Assembly: GCA_041937175.2 (NCBI GenBank)
Contig: CP166615.1
Coordinates: 2,272,001 to 2,336,000, forward strand
Source of the DNA: Limnothrix sp. BL-A-16
Lineage (GTDB): Bacteria; Cyanobacteriota; Cyanobacteriia; CACIAM-69d
Reading direction: 5' to 3'
DNA: 64,000 nucleotides
In this document: positions 33,331 to 44,080 of the stretch, one piece after another
Numbering within the stretch: position 1 is the first letter of the stretch
Layout of the letters: each line of letters starts with the position of its first letter
The notes under the pieces: model-generated
The model's input: the letters and a program-made list of their open reading frames with translations, nothing else
Databases searched by the model: none
What the model was told of the DNA's origin: nothing
Translations under genes and position numbers: made by a program

Positions 33331-33450
33331 TGTGCTGAATGGGTGATGCCTGAAGCACTTCACCGTTTCGTTAAGGAATCTTACATTTTTCGTAAATTCC
33401 GTTAATGTAAGAGCAGTACCTTACGCAATCAGCCCGGGATCGCGCTCAGG

Positions 33451-35223
33451 ATGGCTATTGAACACGGCATTGTTCTTGACTTTGCAACCGTCCTTGGAAC
33501 CTCCGCTATTGGCGGATATATCGCCAATAAGCTCCGACAACCGGTTATTTTGGGCTATTTGGTGACGGGTCTCATTATTGGTCCCTTCGGCTTGCAATTA
33601 CTCAGCGATGCAGCCCAAACGGAAGCCCTTGCGGAAATTGGGGTGGCGTTTCTGCTGTTTGCGTTGGGGATGGAATTTTCTCTCTCAGAATTGGGGCGCG
33701 TTCGCAAAATTGCGATCGAGGGTAGCCTGCTGCAACTGGGCTTAACCACCGCGATCGTGGCGGCGGCCACCACCCTCACCGGCTGGGCGAAGGATTTGCC
33801 CGAGGGGGTGTTTTTGGGGGTGGTGTTGGCCCTGTCGTCCACGGCGGTGGTACTGAAAACCTTGAGCGATCGGGGCGAAACCAACACCCCCCATGGTCAA
33901 GTGATGCTGGCGATTCTGATTGCTCAGGACATCGCTTTGGGGTTGATGTTGGCGGTGCTGCCCGCCTTGACCCAACCGGAAGACTTGGGGCAGGCGTTGG
34001 CGATCGCCCTGCTGAAGGCCTCGGCTTTTTTGGGGGCGGCCATCCTGGCAGGTAAATGGGTTGTGCCACGCTTAATGAGCGCAGTGGCAGCCACGGAAAG
34101 TAATGAAATTTTTCTGCTGACCACGATCGCCTGGTGTTTGGGTGTGGCCTTCGTGACGGCGGAACTGGGACTGTCGATCGAAATGGGAGCCTTTGTGGCG
34201 GGTGTGACGATTGCCGAACTCGACCAAGCCGATCAAGCCCTCTCGAAAATCTTGCCGTTGCGGGACACCTTCGCCAGCCTCTTTTTTGCTTCGATCGGGA
34301 TGTTAATTGATCCCCACCTGTTGATCGAAGAAATTTTTCCCATTTTGGGATTGGTGGTGCTGGTGATGATCGGCAAAGCGGCGATCGTCACTCCAGTGGT
34401 TTTGCGGTTTGGCTATTCCTTTAAAACAGCAGTTTTTGCCGGATTTGGCATTAACCAAATTGGAGAATTTTCTTTCATTTTGGCTGCCCAAGGCTTGGCC
34501 ATGGGCTTAATTGATAAAAAGCTGTATTTGCTGTTATTAGGAACCACTGCGATCGCCCTGATGCTGACCCCGCTATCTTTGGCCACTGCGCCTTGGATTG
34601 TGGAAGTGGCAGGGCGTTGGTCTTGGGTTAATAAGTATTTTTCGGGACTGGGGGAGCCAAAATTAACCTCCATGCCCGATGAATTGGCTGGGCAAGTGGT
34701 GGTAGCGGGCTATGGGCGGATTGGTCAAACCATTGTCAAAATTTTGCGCGATCAAGGCTATCCCGTTTTGGTGATTGACAACAGCGAAGCCGTTATTAAC
34801 AAACTGCGGGAAGCCAAAATTCCTTACCTATTTGGGGATGCGGATTCGGAGTTGGTGTTAGAAAAAGCCAGGATCGATCGCGCCAAGGCCCTGGCGATTG
34901 CGTTACCCGATCCCGCCAGTACCCGCTTGGTGTTGCAACATGCCTTGAAGATTGCCCCGGATTTGGATGCGATCGCCCGGGCCCGCGATGGTGCGGAAAT
35001 TGAGCGGCTGACCAACTTGGGAGCCAAGGAAGTGGTGCAACCGGAGTTTGAAGCGGCTTTGGAACTGACTTCTCATCTGTTGCTCACCTTGGGTGAAGAC
35101 GGCGACGATGTGCGCCAACTGACGGGGACGATTCGCCAAGACTGCTACGGCATCCATCCCCCCGCCCTAGCCTTAGCCATTGAGCCGCAGGCCGAACCGG
35201 AACCCCAGGAAATGGCCGCTTAG
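33451..35223 (+). CDS. CPA2 cation:proton antiporter with C-terminal TrkA-N (KTN) domain
   Basis: LFALGMEFS, LSSTAVVLK, QDIA, FFASIGM, QIGEFSF, AGYGRIG. Confidence 0.92.
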   Translation: MAIEHGIVLDFATVLGTSAIGGYIANKLRQPVILGYLVTGLIIGPFGLQLLSDAAQTEALAEIGVAFLLFALGMEFSLSELGRVRKIAIEGSLLQLGLTTAIVAAATTLTGWAKDLPEGVFLGVVLALSSTAVVLKTLSDRGETNTPHGQVMLAILIAQDIALGLMLAVLPALTQPEDLGQALAIALLKASAFLGAAILAGKWVVPRLMSAVAATESNEIFLLTTIAWCLGVAFVTAELGLSIEMGAFVAGVTIAELDQADQALSKILPLRDTFASLFFASIGMLIDPHLLIEEIFPILGLVVLVMIGKAAIVTPVVLRFGYSFKTAVFAGFGINQIGEFSFILAAQGLAMGLIDKKLYLLLLGTTAIALMLTPLSLATAPWIVEVAGRWSWVNKYFSGLGEPKLTSMPDELAGQVVVAGYGRIGQTIVKILRDQGYPVLVIDNSEAVINKLREAKIPYLFGDADSELVLEKARIDRAKALAIALPDPASTRLVLQHALKIAPDLDAIARARDGAEIERLTNLGAKEVVQPEFEAALELTSHLLLTLGEDGDDVRQLTGTIRQDCYGIHPPALALAIEPQAEPEPQEMAA

Positions 35224-35359
35224 CAGGCTATTGGGGCTTGGAGCGCTGTTGAGAGCCACGGCCCGGCATTGCCCGGGATCAGTCGGCTCGATCGACCCGT
35301 AAGCTGTTGATGACCCTCCACAGGCGACGCAGGCCGTTGGTCTAGTACAATCAACGGCT

Positions 35360-36370
35360 ATGCGAATTTTGATCTTGGGCGGAACAACCTTTCTGGGGCG
35401 GCATCTGGTGGATGCGGCCGTGGCTCGCGGCCATGAGGTCACTATCCTGACGCGGGGGCGGCGCAACCCGGAACCCTTCCCAGCGGTGGAGCGGCTGGTG
35501 GGCGATCGACTCACGGATGACCTGGCTGCCCTGAGCGATCGCACCTGGGACAGCGCGATCGATACCAGCGCGATCGTGCCCCGAGCCGCTCGCCACACGG
35601 CCGCCCGGCTCCAGAATGCTGTAGGTCACTACGTTTACCTATCCAGCATTTCCGTTTACGAAGATTTTGGGTTACCGGGGATCACGGAAAACGATCCCCT
35701 GCGATCACCCCTCTTGGATGACCAAGCCTCGATCGAAACCGGCGATGACTACGGGGCCCTGAAAGCGGGTTGCGAGCAACTGTTGGGCGAATCCTTTGGC
35801 GATCGGTTACTGATTGCTCGCCCCAGCTTGATCGTGGGGCCCCATGACCCCACCGATCGCTTCACTTACTGGGTGCGTCGCCTGGCCCAGGGTGGTGACC
35901 TGTTAGCCCCATCACCGCCGGAACAGTGGGTGCAACTGATCGATGCCCGTGATTTGGCTGCTTGGCTGATCAAAACCTGCGAAACCCAGCGATCGGGGGT
36001 TTACAACGTTGGCACTGCCGAAAAATCCCTCACCCTCGACAAGGTGTTGGATGAATGTGCTCGGGTCACCCGCAGCGATGCGCTGATCGATTGGGTGCAT
36101 GAGGACTTTTTGCTAGAGGCGGGGGTTGCGCCCTGGACAGAGCTGCCCCTTTGGATTCCCAGCAGAGAGGCTCCCATGCGCGGCTTCACCAGCATGGACA
36201 CTCGCCGGGCGGCGGCGGCCGGCCTGAAATGTCGTCCTCTGGCGGGCACGGTGCGGGATCTGTGGTCTTGGGATCGATCGCGCCAAGCGGATTTGAAAGC
36301 AGGCCTTTCGCCGGAACGGGAACAGCAGCTTTTGGCACAGTGGCGCGCGAACCAAGCTCGCTGGTTGTAA
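35360..36370 (+). CDS. NAD-dependent epimerase/dehydratase family protein
   Basis: ILILGGTTFLG, SSISVY, YGALK, RPSLIVGP. Confidence 0.88.
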   Translation: MRILILGGTTFLGRHLVDAAVARGHEVTILTRGRRNPEPFPAVERLVGDRLTDDLAALSDRTWDSAIDTSAIVPRAARHTAARLQNAVGHYVYLSSISVYEDFGLPGITENDPLRSPLLDDQASIETGDDYGALKAGCEQLLGESFGDRLLIARPSLIVGPHDPTDRFTYWVRRLAQGGDLLAPSPPEQWVQLIDARDLAAWLIKTCETQRSGVYNVGTAEKSLTLDKVLDECARVTRSDALIDWVHEDFLLEAGVAPWTELPLWIPSREAPMRGFTSMDTRRAAAAGLKCRPLAGTVRDLWSWDRSRQADLKAGLSPEREQQLLAQWRANQARWL

Positions 36371-36973
36371 GAGCTTGGGCGGGCGGCTGGGCCCAATCGA
36401 CGGTCAGGAATTGATCAGACTGTGCCGTTGATTAACCTTCAGTGCTGAAATCTCTGTGTCCCAAAAATCCGAAATCGAGCAACAAAGTGATGCTCGCCCA
36501 AGTTTTGATCGAGTTAGTTTCCGACGTTGGGTGATGGCCTTGTCGGTTGGCCTTGCCTCTAGACTGGTCGGTTGATGGGCCCCTGTTAGCGATCATGATG
36601 TTGGCCCTTGACCAGATTCACCAGTGATCTGGATCGCGTTGGAGATCTGGATCAGTCACGCGGGGGCTAGAAAGCAGTCACCCAAAGACCTTGAGCCGAT
36701 CGCCCCTGCAAAACCAAGGAATCACGGCCAGAGGGGAGGGCGATCGCTGAATTGATCAGTAATTTTGGCAATCATAACGAAGAGAATTCACCCACCCGTC
36801 TGATCTCCGTCGATCGGGGGCGTGAGTTCAATTCCCCGCACGGCCCACGGGGCAGCGGGGCCTAACGCCATGCCTTGGATCGCTTGGCGTTAGGCGTTTC
36901 AAGCAATTAAAAAATTGCCCACTCAGCCGCTGCTGCCGGGGAAGCATCGCCGTCTAGACCCAACTCTGAGCCA

Positions 36974-39265
36974 ATGATTGCGAAAATCCCCACAACCATC
37001 AATCCCATGGAGTCTCCTCCTCGCCCTCCCGATATTTCTGCCCGGGTCAAGCGGCGATCGCTGGCTTGGGTGTTAACGTTTCCGTTTGTGAGCCTTTCCT
37101 GTGCGGCGGTGGTGGTGGCCGGGGCCCTATCCCTGTGGGCTGGCGAGCGATCGGTGCAAGAGCTGTCCGATCGCCTGCACCTACAACTGCGGGAACGAAT
37201 TCGCGGTGGCCTAGCCCAATACTTTGAGCAACCCAAGCGGGCCACCCGCCTGTTTCTGATGGCCCTCAATTCTGGGTTGGTGTCCCCCCAGAATTTGCAA
37301 CAGGTGGGGCAATATAGCTGGCAATTACGCCAGGCCTTCGATGCCAGCTACATCAACTTTGGTTTAGCCACGGGGGAGTTTGCAGGTTCCGGTGTGGGGC
37401 GGGATGGGCTGATTGTGGGGGAGCGATCGGCCGCCTTGGGCTGGCGCTATGAGGAATATCGGGCCGATCGGCTGGGTCGTCGCCAGCAACGGCTGGGGGT
37501 GTATTCCTATGACCACCGCAAAGAACCCTGGTATCAGGCGGCCATTCGGCGCAACCGTCCCAGTTGGAGTGCCATTTACGCCTGGGATAGCACCCCAGAG
37601 TTTGTGTCGATTAACTATGCCGTTCCCTTTCGCGATCGCAATGGCCAACCGATCGGGGCGATCGGGGTTGACCTGTTGCTGGCCCGCATCAGCGCCATGC
37701 TCAAGGAGTTGAACGTTCACCCAGAATTAACCATCACCATTCTGGAGCGGAACGGCAACTTGGTTGCCAGCAGCAACGAGCAACCCCTGTTTGTGCTCAA
37801 AACCTCCGAACAGGGATCAACCCTAGAGCGCATCACGGCCCGCACCAGTAATGATCTGCGATTGGTCGCCGCCTTCGATCATTTGAATCAAAAAGGCGGT
37901 TTGGGGGCCGTGGTTAGTCCCCTATCAGAAACCTTCCAGGTCGATCACCAAACCTATCTCCTCTGGACTTCCCCTTGGCGAGATCCCGATGGCCTCGATT
38001 GGGTGATTGTGGCCACCGTGCCTCGATCGGCCTTCATGGGACAAATTGAGGCGAATCGCCGCGTCACAACCCTGCTCTGCGGTTTGGTGATCGTCCTGGC
38101 TGTGTTTCTGGGCCTGGTGATGGCGCGGCGTTTGGGGCGGCCCGTGCAGTCCCTAGCCGGAGCAGCCGGCCAGTTGGCGGCCGGTCAGCTTAACCATCGA
38201 GCGGAAACCTTTGATATTCGCGAATTGGATGAGCTGGCCCAGGCCTTTAACCGCATGGCCGACCACCTCCGCAATTCCCTGATTGCTTTGGAATCCGCCA
38301 ATCAAACCCTAGAAAGTCGGGTGACCACAAGGACAGCCGATTTAGCCCAGGCCCTTGAGAATCTCAAAAGTGCCCAGGCTCAATTGATTCAGACTGAAAA
38401 AATGTCCAGCTTGGGGCAAATGGTGGCGGGTATTGCCCACGAAATCAATAATCCCGTTGCATTTATCCATGGCAACTTAGGGGTGTTGCGGCAATACATT
38501 GAAGAACTCACGGATTGTTTCACCCTGTTGGGACTCACGCAATCTGGGAACGGGTCAGGGGCGATCGACCCGGCAGCCGGTGCCACCATCGACACAGAGG
38601 AATTAACCTTTGTGCTGGATGACTTGCCGAATCTGATCCAATCCATGGAGGAAGGCACGCGGCGGATTCAGGAAATTGTGCAGGGCCTGCGTAACTTTTC
38701 ACGTTTAGATCAAGTAGATCTCAAACCTGTGAGCTTGCATGATGGCCTCGACAGCACATTGCTGATGTTGTCCCATCGCCTAAAGCGGTATAGCGATCGC
38801 CCAGAAATTCGAGTTGTTAAGCAATACGGCGACCTGCAACCCGTTTGGTGCTATCCCGGTCAGCTCAACCAGGTATTCATCAATCTCCTCAGCAACGCGA
38901 TCGAGGCCCTCGATCAGGCCTGGCAGCAGCAGATAGCTCAACAAAGCTCAGGAGAAACTGCCCAATGGACACCCACCATCACCCTGCAAACGGTGGCCCT
39001 GAAAACCGACCAGGGCCCCCAAGCGGAATTGGTCATTCAAGACAATGGCATCGGCATTTCCGAAACCATTCGCCATCGGTTATTTGATCCCTTCTTCACC
39101 ACCAAGCCGGTGGGCAAGGGAACCGGCCTAGGGCTAGCGATCGCCTATCAAATCGTGGTCGATCGCCACGGGGGCCAAATCAACTGTGAATCGACATTGG
39201 GGAAAGGAACCACATTTCGGCTGCGGTTACCGGTGGGGCGGCCAGCCACTGACCCGATCGCGTAG
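36974..39265 (+). CDS. Membrane sensor histidine kinase (Cache-HAMP-HisKA-HATPase)
   Basis: Two TM segments, PWY Cache motif, HAMP ELDELAQAFNRM, AHEINNP, QVFINLLSNA, DNGIG, GKGTGLGL. Confidence 0.93.
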   Translation: MIAKIPTTINPMESPPRPPDISARVKRRSLAWVLTFPFVSLSCAAVVVAGALSLWAGERSVQELSDRLHLQLRERIRGGLAQYFEQPKRATRLFLMALNSGLVSPQNLQQVGQYSWQLRQAFDASYINFGLATGEFAGSGVGRDGLIVGERSAALGWRYEEYRADRLGRRQQRLGVYSYDHRKEPWYQAAIRRNRPSWSAIYAWDSTPEFVSINYAVPFRDRNGQPIGAIGVDLLLARISAMLKELNVHPELTITILERNGNLVASSNEQPLFVLKTSEQGSTLERITARTSNDLRLVAAFDHLNQKGGLGAVVSPLSETFQVDHQTYLLWTSPWRDPDGLDWVIVATVPRSAFMGQIEANRRVTTLLCGLVIVLAVFLGLVMARRLGRPVQSLAGAAGQLAAGQLNHRAETFDIRELDELAQAFNRMADHLRNSLIALESANQTLESRVTTRTADLAQALENLKSAQAQLIQTEKMSSLGQMVAGIAHEINNPVAFIHGNLGVLRQYIEELTDCFTLLGLTQSGNGSGAIDPAAGATIDTEELTFVLDDLPNLIQSMEEGTRRIQEIVQGLRNFSRLDQVDLKPVSLHDGLDSTLLMLSHRLKRYSDRPEIRVVKQYGDLQPVWCYPGQLNQVFINLLSNAIEALDQAWQQQIAQQSSGETAQWTPTITLQTVALKTDQGPQAELVIQDNGIGISETIRHRLFDPFFTTKPVGKGTGLGLAIAYQIVVDRHGGQINCESTLGKGTTFRLRLPVGRPATDPIA

Positions 39266-39524
39266 GGCCCCTTTTCAATTCGGATAAGTCAAGAAAACCT
39301 GACATTTCCTGAAGTGGGTTTTGTTCATCCGGATCAACATGTCATGAAATCTTGATATTTGGCTTGATCGCCCTCGACGGGTGGGGATCGAGTTCAGTAG
39401 GATAACGGCCATCAAGAGCTGAGATTGGGATCGCCCATCCCAAACCGTGCCCAAGGCACCATTGCTGCTATTGACGTGCGATCGCCCTTTGATGGCCTGC
39501 CCTATTCGCTGAGGAGCTTTCGAG

Positions 39525-40898
39525 TTGATGAGCGCGCCCAAAGAACGTCCACCCCTAGAGGAAATGACACTGCGCCAACTGCGCCGTGTTGCCAGCGAGT
39601 TAGGTATCTCGCGCTATAGCCGAATGCGGAAAGATCAGCTTTTGGCCTCCATTCAGACCAAATCGGCTGGTCTGCCGGCATCCAGCCCTACGCCACCCAC
39701 CGCCCCGCCAGCCATCGCCCAAGTTATTCCCGTTCGTACCATTGAGGCCCAAGAAGCTGTGGAAGCTGCAAAATTCGACCTCGGACAACCGAACAACCTC
39801 GCCGACCTCTCCGAAGAGCTGATTTTGGATCCGGAAACGCTCTCCGGTGTTGATGAAGGATTGCCCGACCTGCCCGGTGGCTATGGCGAAAGTCGGATTC
39901 TTCTGTTGCCTCGCGATCCCCAATGGGCCTACACCTACTGGGACATTCCCAACGAGCACAAAGCGGAGTTGCGGGCCCAGGGTGGTCTTCAGCTTGCGTT
40001 ACGGGTTTATGACGTGACCGATTTGGACTTGAGTGTCCAACGGGCCCACACGGTTCAAGAGTTCCCCTGCGATGAATTGGCTCGGGAATGGTACTTGCCC
40101 ATTCCAATCAGCGATCGGGACTACGCGATCGAAATTGGTTACCGTTGCGGCGATGGCCGGTGGCTGGTGCTGGCGCGATCGGCCCCGGTTCGGATTCCGC
40201 CCGTGTATCCCTCCGACTGGATCGAAGACGTATTTGTAACCGTTGATTGGGAACAGGATCTGCGCGGCACCACCGTCGCCACCCTGATTCCGCCCGCCCA
40301 AAAAGCTGCCCAAGCTGCCGAAAACGCCATTTACCAACAGGTGTTTGGGATGGCCGCTGGAGTCGAAGCCATGCGCGTGGCCGGTTCCCTCTTTGGTTCC
40401 ATGCAGCATGTGCCCGGTTCCGTTCCCGCTGGCTCGATCCAACACCTGGGCGAGCAAGCCATCAGTTCCTACGTCTTCCCTTCTGGCGTGGGCATGTGGG
40501 CTGGTGCGGTGGGTGCGCCGGGTCTGCCGGGGGCCCTGTCAGCCTCGGGCATGGGCATGTCCGGTGTAGGCATGATGATGTCTGGGATTGGGTTTGGGGC
40601 CTCGATGCCACCGATCCGCCCGCGTCAATTCTGGCTGGTGGCCGATGCGGAACTGATTGTTTACGGAGCCACGGAACCCGATGCCACGGTGACGATCGGC
40701 GGACAACCGATCAAACTGAATCCCGATGGGACGTTCCGCTTCCAGATGTCCTTCCAGGACGGCATGATCGACTACCCGATCATGGCGGTGGCGGCCGATG
40801 GCGAACAGACCCGATCGGTTCACATGAAGTTCGAGCGCCAAACGCCCGCCCGCAACACCAACAGCAAGGAAGAAGCCAAGTTGGAGTGGCTGTCTTAA
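39525..40898 (+). CDS. DUF4912 domain protein with N-terminal Rho-N-like motif
   Basis: LEEMTLRQLRRVA..YSRMRKDQL; LPRDPQWAYTYWD; FWLVADAELIVYGATEPDA. Confidence 0.88.
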   Translation: MMSAPKERPPLEEMTLRQLRRVASELGISRYSRMRKDQLLASIQTKSAGLPASSPTPPTAPPAIAQVIPVRTIEAQEAVEAAKFDLGQPNNLADLSEELILDPETLSGVDEGLPDLPGGYGESRILLLPRDPQWAYTYWDIPNEHKAELRAQGGLQLALRVYDVTDLDLSVQRAHTVQEFPCDELAREWYLPIPISDRDYAIEIGYRCGDGRWLVLARSAPVRIPPVYPSDWIEDVFVTVDWEQDLRGTTVATLIPPAQKAAQAAENAIYQQVFGMAAGVEAMRVAGSLFGSMQHVPGSVPAGSIQHLGEQAISSYVFPSGVGMWAGAVGAPGLPGALSASGMGMSGVGMMMSGIGFGASMPPIRPRQFWLVADAELIVYGATEPDATVTIGGQPIKLNPDGTFRFQMSFQDGMIDYPIMAVAADGEQTRSVHMKFERQTPARNTNSKEEAKLEWLS

Positions 40899-41033
40899 GG
40901 GCAAGCTAATCTTGCGCCAATCTCATGTCCGTTTTGAGCTGGTTTGCATTCCTTGATTCAACCAGTTTCTAAACAGTTGTTACTTGGTGCTGGAGTTCTT
41001 GCTCGCGTTCATTAACTTGTTCTAGTTCCTCGG

Positions 41034-41070
41034 ATCGCCCATGACCTCGTTGCAGGTCTGGGCGATTTCT
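41034..41070 (+). terminator. Probable terminator hairpin
   Basis: ATCGCCCA-TGACCT..AGGTC-TGGGCGAT followed by TTCT. Confidence 0.5.
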
Positions 41071-41908
41071 GATGTTTATCAAATTAGTTATTCACAAAAA
41101 TTCAAAAATCCATAAAGAATCTACAAAAACTCACCGAATGATTCATACAAAGTCATTCATTAATCGTCATTGATCAATGGTCGCGACTCAAAAATCGTGA
41201 CTCAAAACACGATTAGAAACAAATCAAGGCAAACAGAAACAAGGCAATTGTCAACCATGATGCAGAAGTAGGAAAAGCGTAATAATTTTTTATCGTATTT
41301 TCACATCATTATTTGATAATTTGTCATTCTTTTGAGTCTAATTAGGTCTGATATTGAAGATTTTTGACAAAACCGGTGTTTGAACGGAAAGCCCTAAAAT
41401 CAATTCGTATTCTGGAAGTATATTGATGGGCAGAGCAACGGGGCAGAGCTAGCGAGGCAATTACCCTCATCATTACACTGCCCGATCGGGTGCATTTTTA
41501 GACCGGACTGAAAATTCTGCCCCAACCCCAGGAGAACACTGGCCCGCGCTCCGATGGCTCAACCTCAACTGGATCAACATCAACAAACGCGATCGGCCCC
41601 ACGGCCATGACTCAATCGTCAGAAAATAAACAGCCCAAGAACTCCGATTTCAATCGCTGAATGGAGTTGGTATTGGATTGGACAGTTTGCCAAGACCAGT
41701 GATGCGGCTTCAGGGTGAATGCTGAGACTATGGAGCGATCGCCTCAGGGAAAGTTTTAGCTGGGAGGATTGGGGCGATGCAAGGATGGGTGGAAATGTAT
41801 CAACAAATTGCACAGGTTTTGGGGGCGATCGGGGGGCGATCGGGGCGCTGTCCCGGATTGGTCATTGATAGCCAAATGGTGCGCGATCGCCTGAGTTCCG
41901 TAAACACA

Positions 41909-42199
41909 ATGCTGATCGATCTATTACAGTCCTTAATTTTGGCCGCCAGCTTGGGTTTTCTGATTCCCGTGGCGGGTTTGGGAATTTTGCTGCTGGCGAT
42001 CGGGGTTTGGGTTTACGTGCCGGTTTTGAATATGATTGCGGCCACGACATTGCAACACATCATTTTATTTTTAACTGTTTTTGGTAATGGCTCCCCCATT
42101 CAAGGCACGTTAATCATTGGGTTGGCCTGTAGCTTTGTTTGCGTTTTATTTGATGCGTTTGTGTTTTATCAATATCGCAACCTGCGCCGAGAAGGTTAG
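41909..42199 (+). CDS. Small cyanobacterial membrane hypothetical protein
   Basis: Hydrophobic segments with FLTVFGNGSP and LFD motifs; start ATG 41909 preferred over 41777. Confidence 0.65.
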   Translation: MLIDLLQSLILAASLGFLIPVAGLGILLLAIGVWVYVPVLNMIAATTLQHIILFLTVFGNGSPIQGTLIIGLACSFVCVLFDAFVFYQYRNLRREG

Positions 42200-42255
42200 A
42201 GGTGTCGTCGTTTCGCCGAAAACCCTGATTCCGCCGCGAGCCGATCGTTGGGCAG

Positions 42256-42275
42256 CAAGGGGCTTAAGCCCCTTG
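42256..42275. repeat. REP-like palindrome
   Basis: Perfect CAAGGGGCTTAAGCCCCTTG. Confidence 0.85.
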
Positions 42276-42849
42276 TTACGACAGTTGAGGCAAGGAAAAT
42301 CAGCCGTTTCAGTTTGTTTTAGCTGGCACTCAGGAAATGACGACAGGCCCTAGGGTTTGGGGCAAATTTCTCTTAGTTATTTCCCCTAGTTATTTGCCCT
42401 AGCAATGTCTTCTGGCAATTTGCCCTAGCTTAATCCTGTGGTTGCCGGATTCTAGGGATCGGAAACCGCTGCTTGATGCTTTCGGGGTGAGAGCTTCAGC
42501 CTGCTAGCGCAATTCTAAAGTAATGTTGGAAGACACAAAAAAAGCGCACGAGCGTACGCCTTTTTGGTCAGATTTTTGATTAGGAGATAATGAAAATCTG
42601 AGTTGATCTAATTCAGGAAAGCTGTGTTGAACTGAACTGAATCAGTGGGCGATCACTCCCGATCGCGCGCTCAACTGTCCAGCCGTTGAGCCAAAACCCA
42701 GACGAGCAACCTCAGGTCATTAAGCTCAAAGAAGCTTAGAGAAACTCAGCAAGACTGGGACAGAATTGGACGCTTTTGGACAATTTTGGATGAGGACGGG
42801 GTTCAGCAGGCTGGCTTTCAGCCTAGGTCTAGCCGAAAGGTGTCGTGCT

Positions 42850-42987
42850 TTAGCGGAAACCAACAGCAGCTTGCCACACAAAGGCCAGCGCCAGGAACAG
42901 CAAAGGGATAATCGGCAGAACGTCAACCAACGGCGAGAAGGCGGAGTAAGCTTCGGGCAACTTGGCCAACAGCAAGGCGGCTTCCAT
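42850..42987 (-). CDS. psbK: Photosystem II reaction centre protein K (45 aa; not in ORF track)
   Basis: Translates [55 protein letters not shown] upstream. Confidence 0.97.
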   Translation of the reverse strand: MEAALLLAKLPEAYSAFSPLVDVLPIIPLLFLALAFVWQAAVGFR

Positions 42988-43449
42988 TGTGGGTATCCTC
43001 TCCAACACGAATTTTATTAAAAGCTGCCGAAAATTCTATCAGAAAACAGGGGTTCCAGCCCCGCCCTTTTGGGGGCTGCAACGATCGCCGCCTGCCCACC
43101 CCAATTCACCGCTGGCCGATCGGGATTCGATCCTGAGCCAGGAAAAACAGGAAAAAACACGAAAAAAGCGCCGGCTCTGTCGAACGGCGCTTTAGCTGTG
43201 CTGAGTGTGCTTTAAGGGCTTTAGGCATCTCAGGGGTTGCCTAGAAACCGCACTGAGATGCAAAAGCAGTGTGGATTTGACTGGCGCGATCGCGAGGGAA
43301 TTGCGATGCTTCGGCCCGATCGTTGGAGCTTTGCCCTTGGGTGGATGGCGGCCAAAGGAATTGACCGCCGACCCAAAACGATTGCTGTGACTGAGTTTGA
43401 GGATATCAAGGCAGCCTTCAGGACTGAATCCTGGGATCCGCTGACCCCG

Positions 43450-43668
43450 CTACACCAGTGTGGACAAATCGTTCACTATCTCCACCCGCCCACGACGAAT
43501 CGATCGCAAAAGACGGTCAATAGAGGCTCGTTCCTCTTCCGTGATCGAGTCGTCCATGAGCGCTGCGAGCAAGCCGTAGCGATCGGCGAGGGTGAGGCGA
43601 CCGGTCGCCGTCACTTGGGCAAATAACTCGGACAATGCAAAGGGCAATAGTCGAACGGGCGGTTGCAT
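43450..43668 (-). CDS. Small conserved-looking cyanobacterial hypothetical protein (72 aa)
   Basis: LSELFAQV..TGRLTLADRYGLLAA...EEERASIDRLL...RRGRV resembles a cyanobacterial small-protein family (from recall). Confidence 0.7.
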   Translation of the reverse strand: MQPPVRLLPFALSELFAQVTATGRLTLADRYGLLAALMDDSITEEERASIDRLLRSIRRGRVEIVNDLSTLV

Positions 43669-44007
43669 AATTCACCCCTGCATCGACATTCGCAGTCGAA
43701 TCTACGTTTCTAATATGACGCTTTGGGGGCGCTGGCCAGGTGATTCACCCCAGTAAGGAAGCGTGATCATTGCGGAAGATCAAGGCGATCGCAACAGACC
43801 GTATTCTGTGATACAAATCTTTACTCCCTGCGATCGAGATCGTCATCAGACGTGCATTGTGTCACTAAGCTTCCTCAAGTCCGTCAGTAACGGGGCTTGC
43901 GCTAAGTTGCTAGCGAAATGGCGACACTCCAGGTGTTTTTTAGAGAAAAAGCCATTCTGAATCGGTAATTTGGCAGATTTTTTCAAGATTTTCCTTAAAT
44001 CACCCTG

Positions 44008-44055
44008 AAAAAACATCGGGCGCTAGGAACTGCAACAGTTCGATCGCGCCCGATG
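44008..44055 (-). terminator. glmU terminator
   Basis: CATCGGGCGC / GCGCCCGATG with inner GAACTG / CAGTTC; T-run on the minus strand. Confidence 0.6.
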
Positions 44056-44080
44056 GGAGGAGATCATTTAGAGCGCGAGC

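Noticed and set aside
36815..36865. tRNA-like GTTCAATTCCCC motif
   Set aside because: No proper T-stem, D-arm or acceptor stem could be built
43801..43814. NtcA-like site GTA-N8-TAC
   Set aside because: No -10 box at the expected spacing, and a 6-bp match is expected several times by chance in 64 kb
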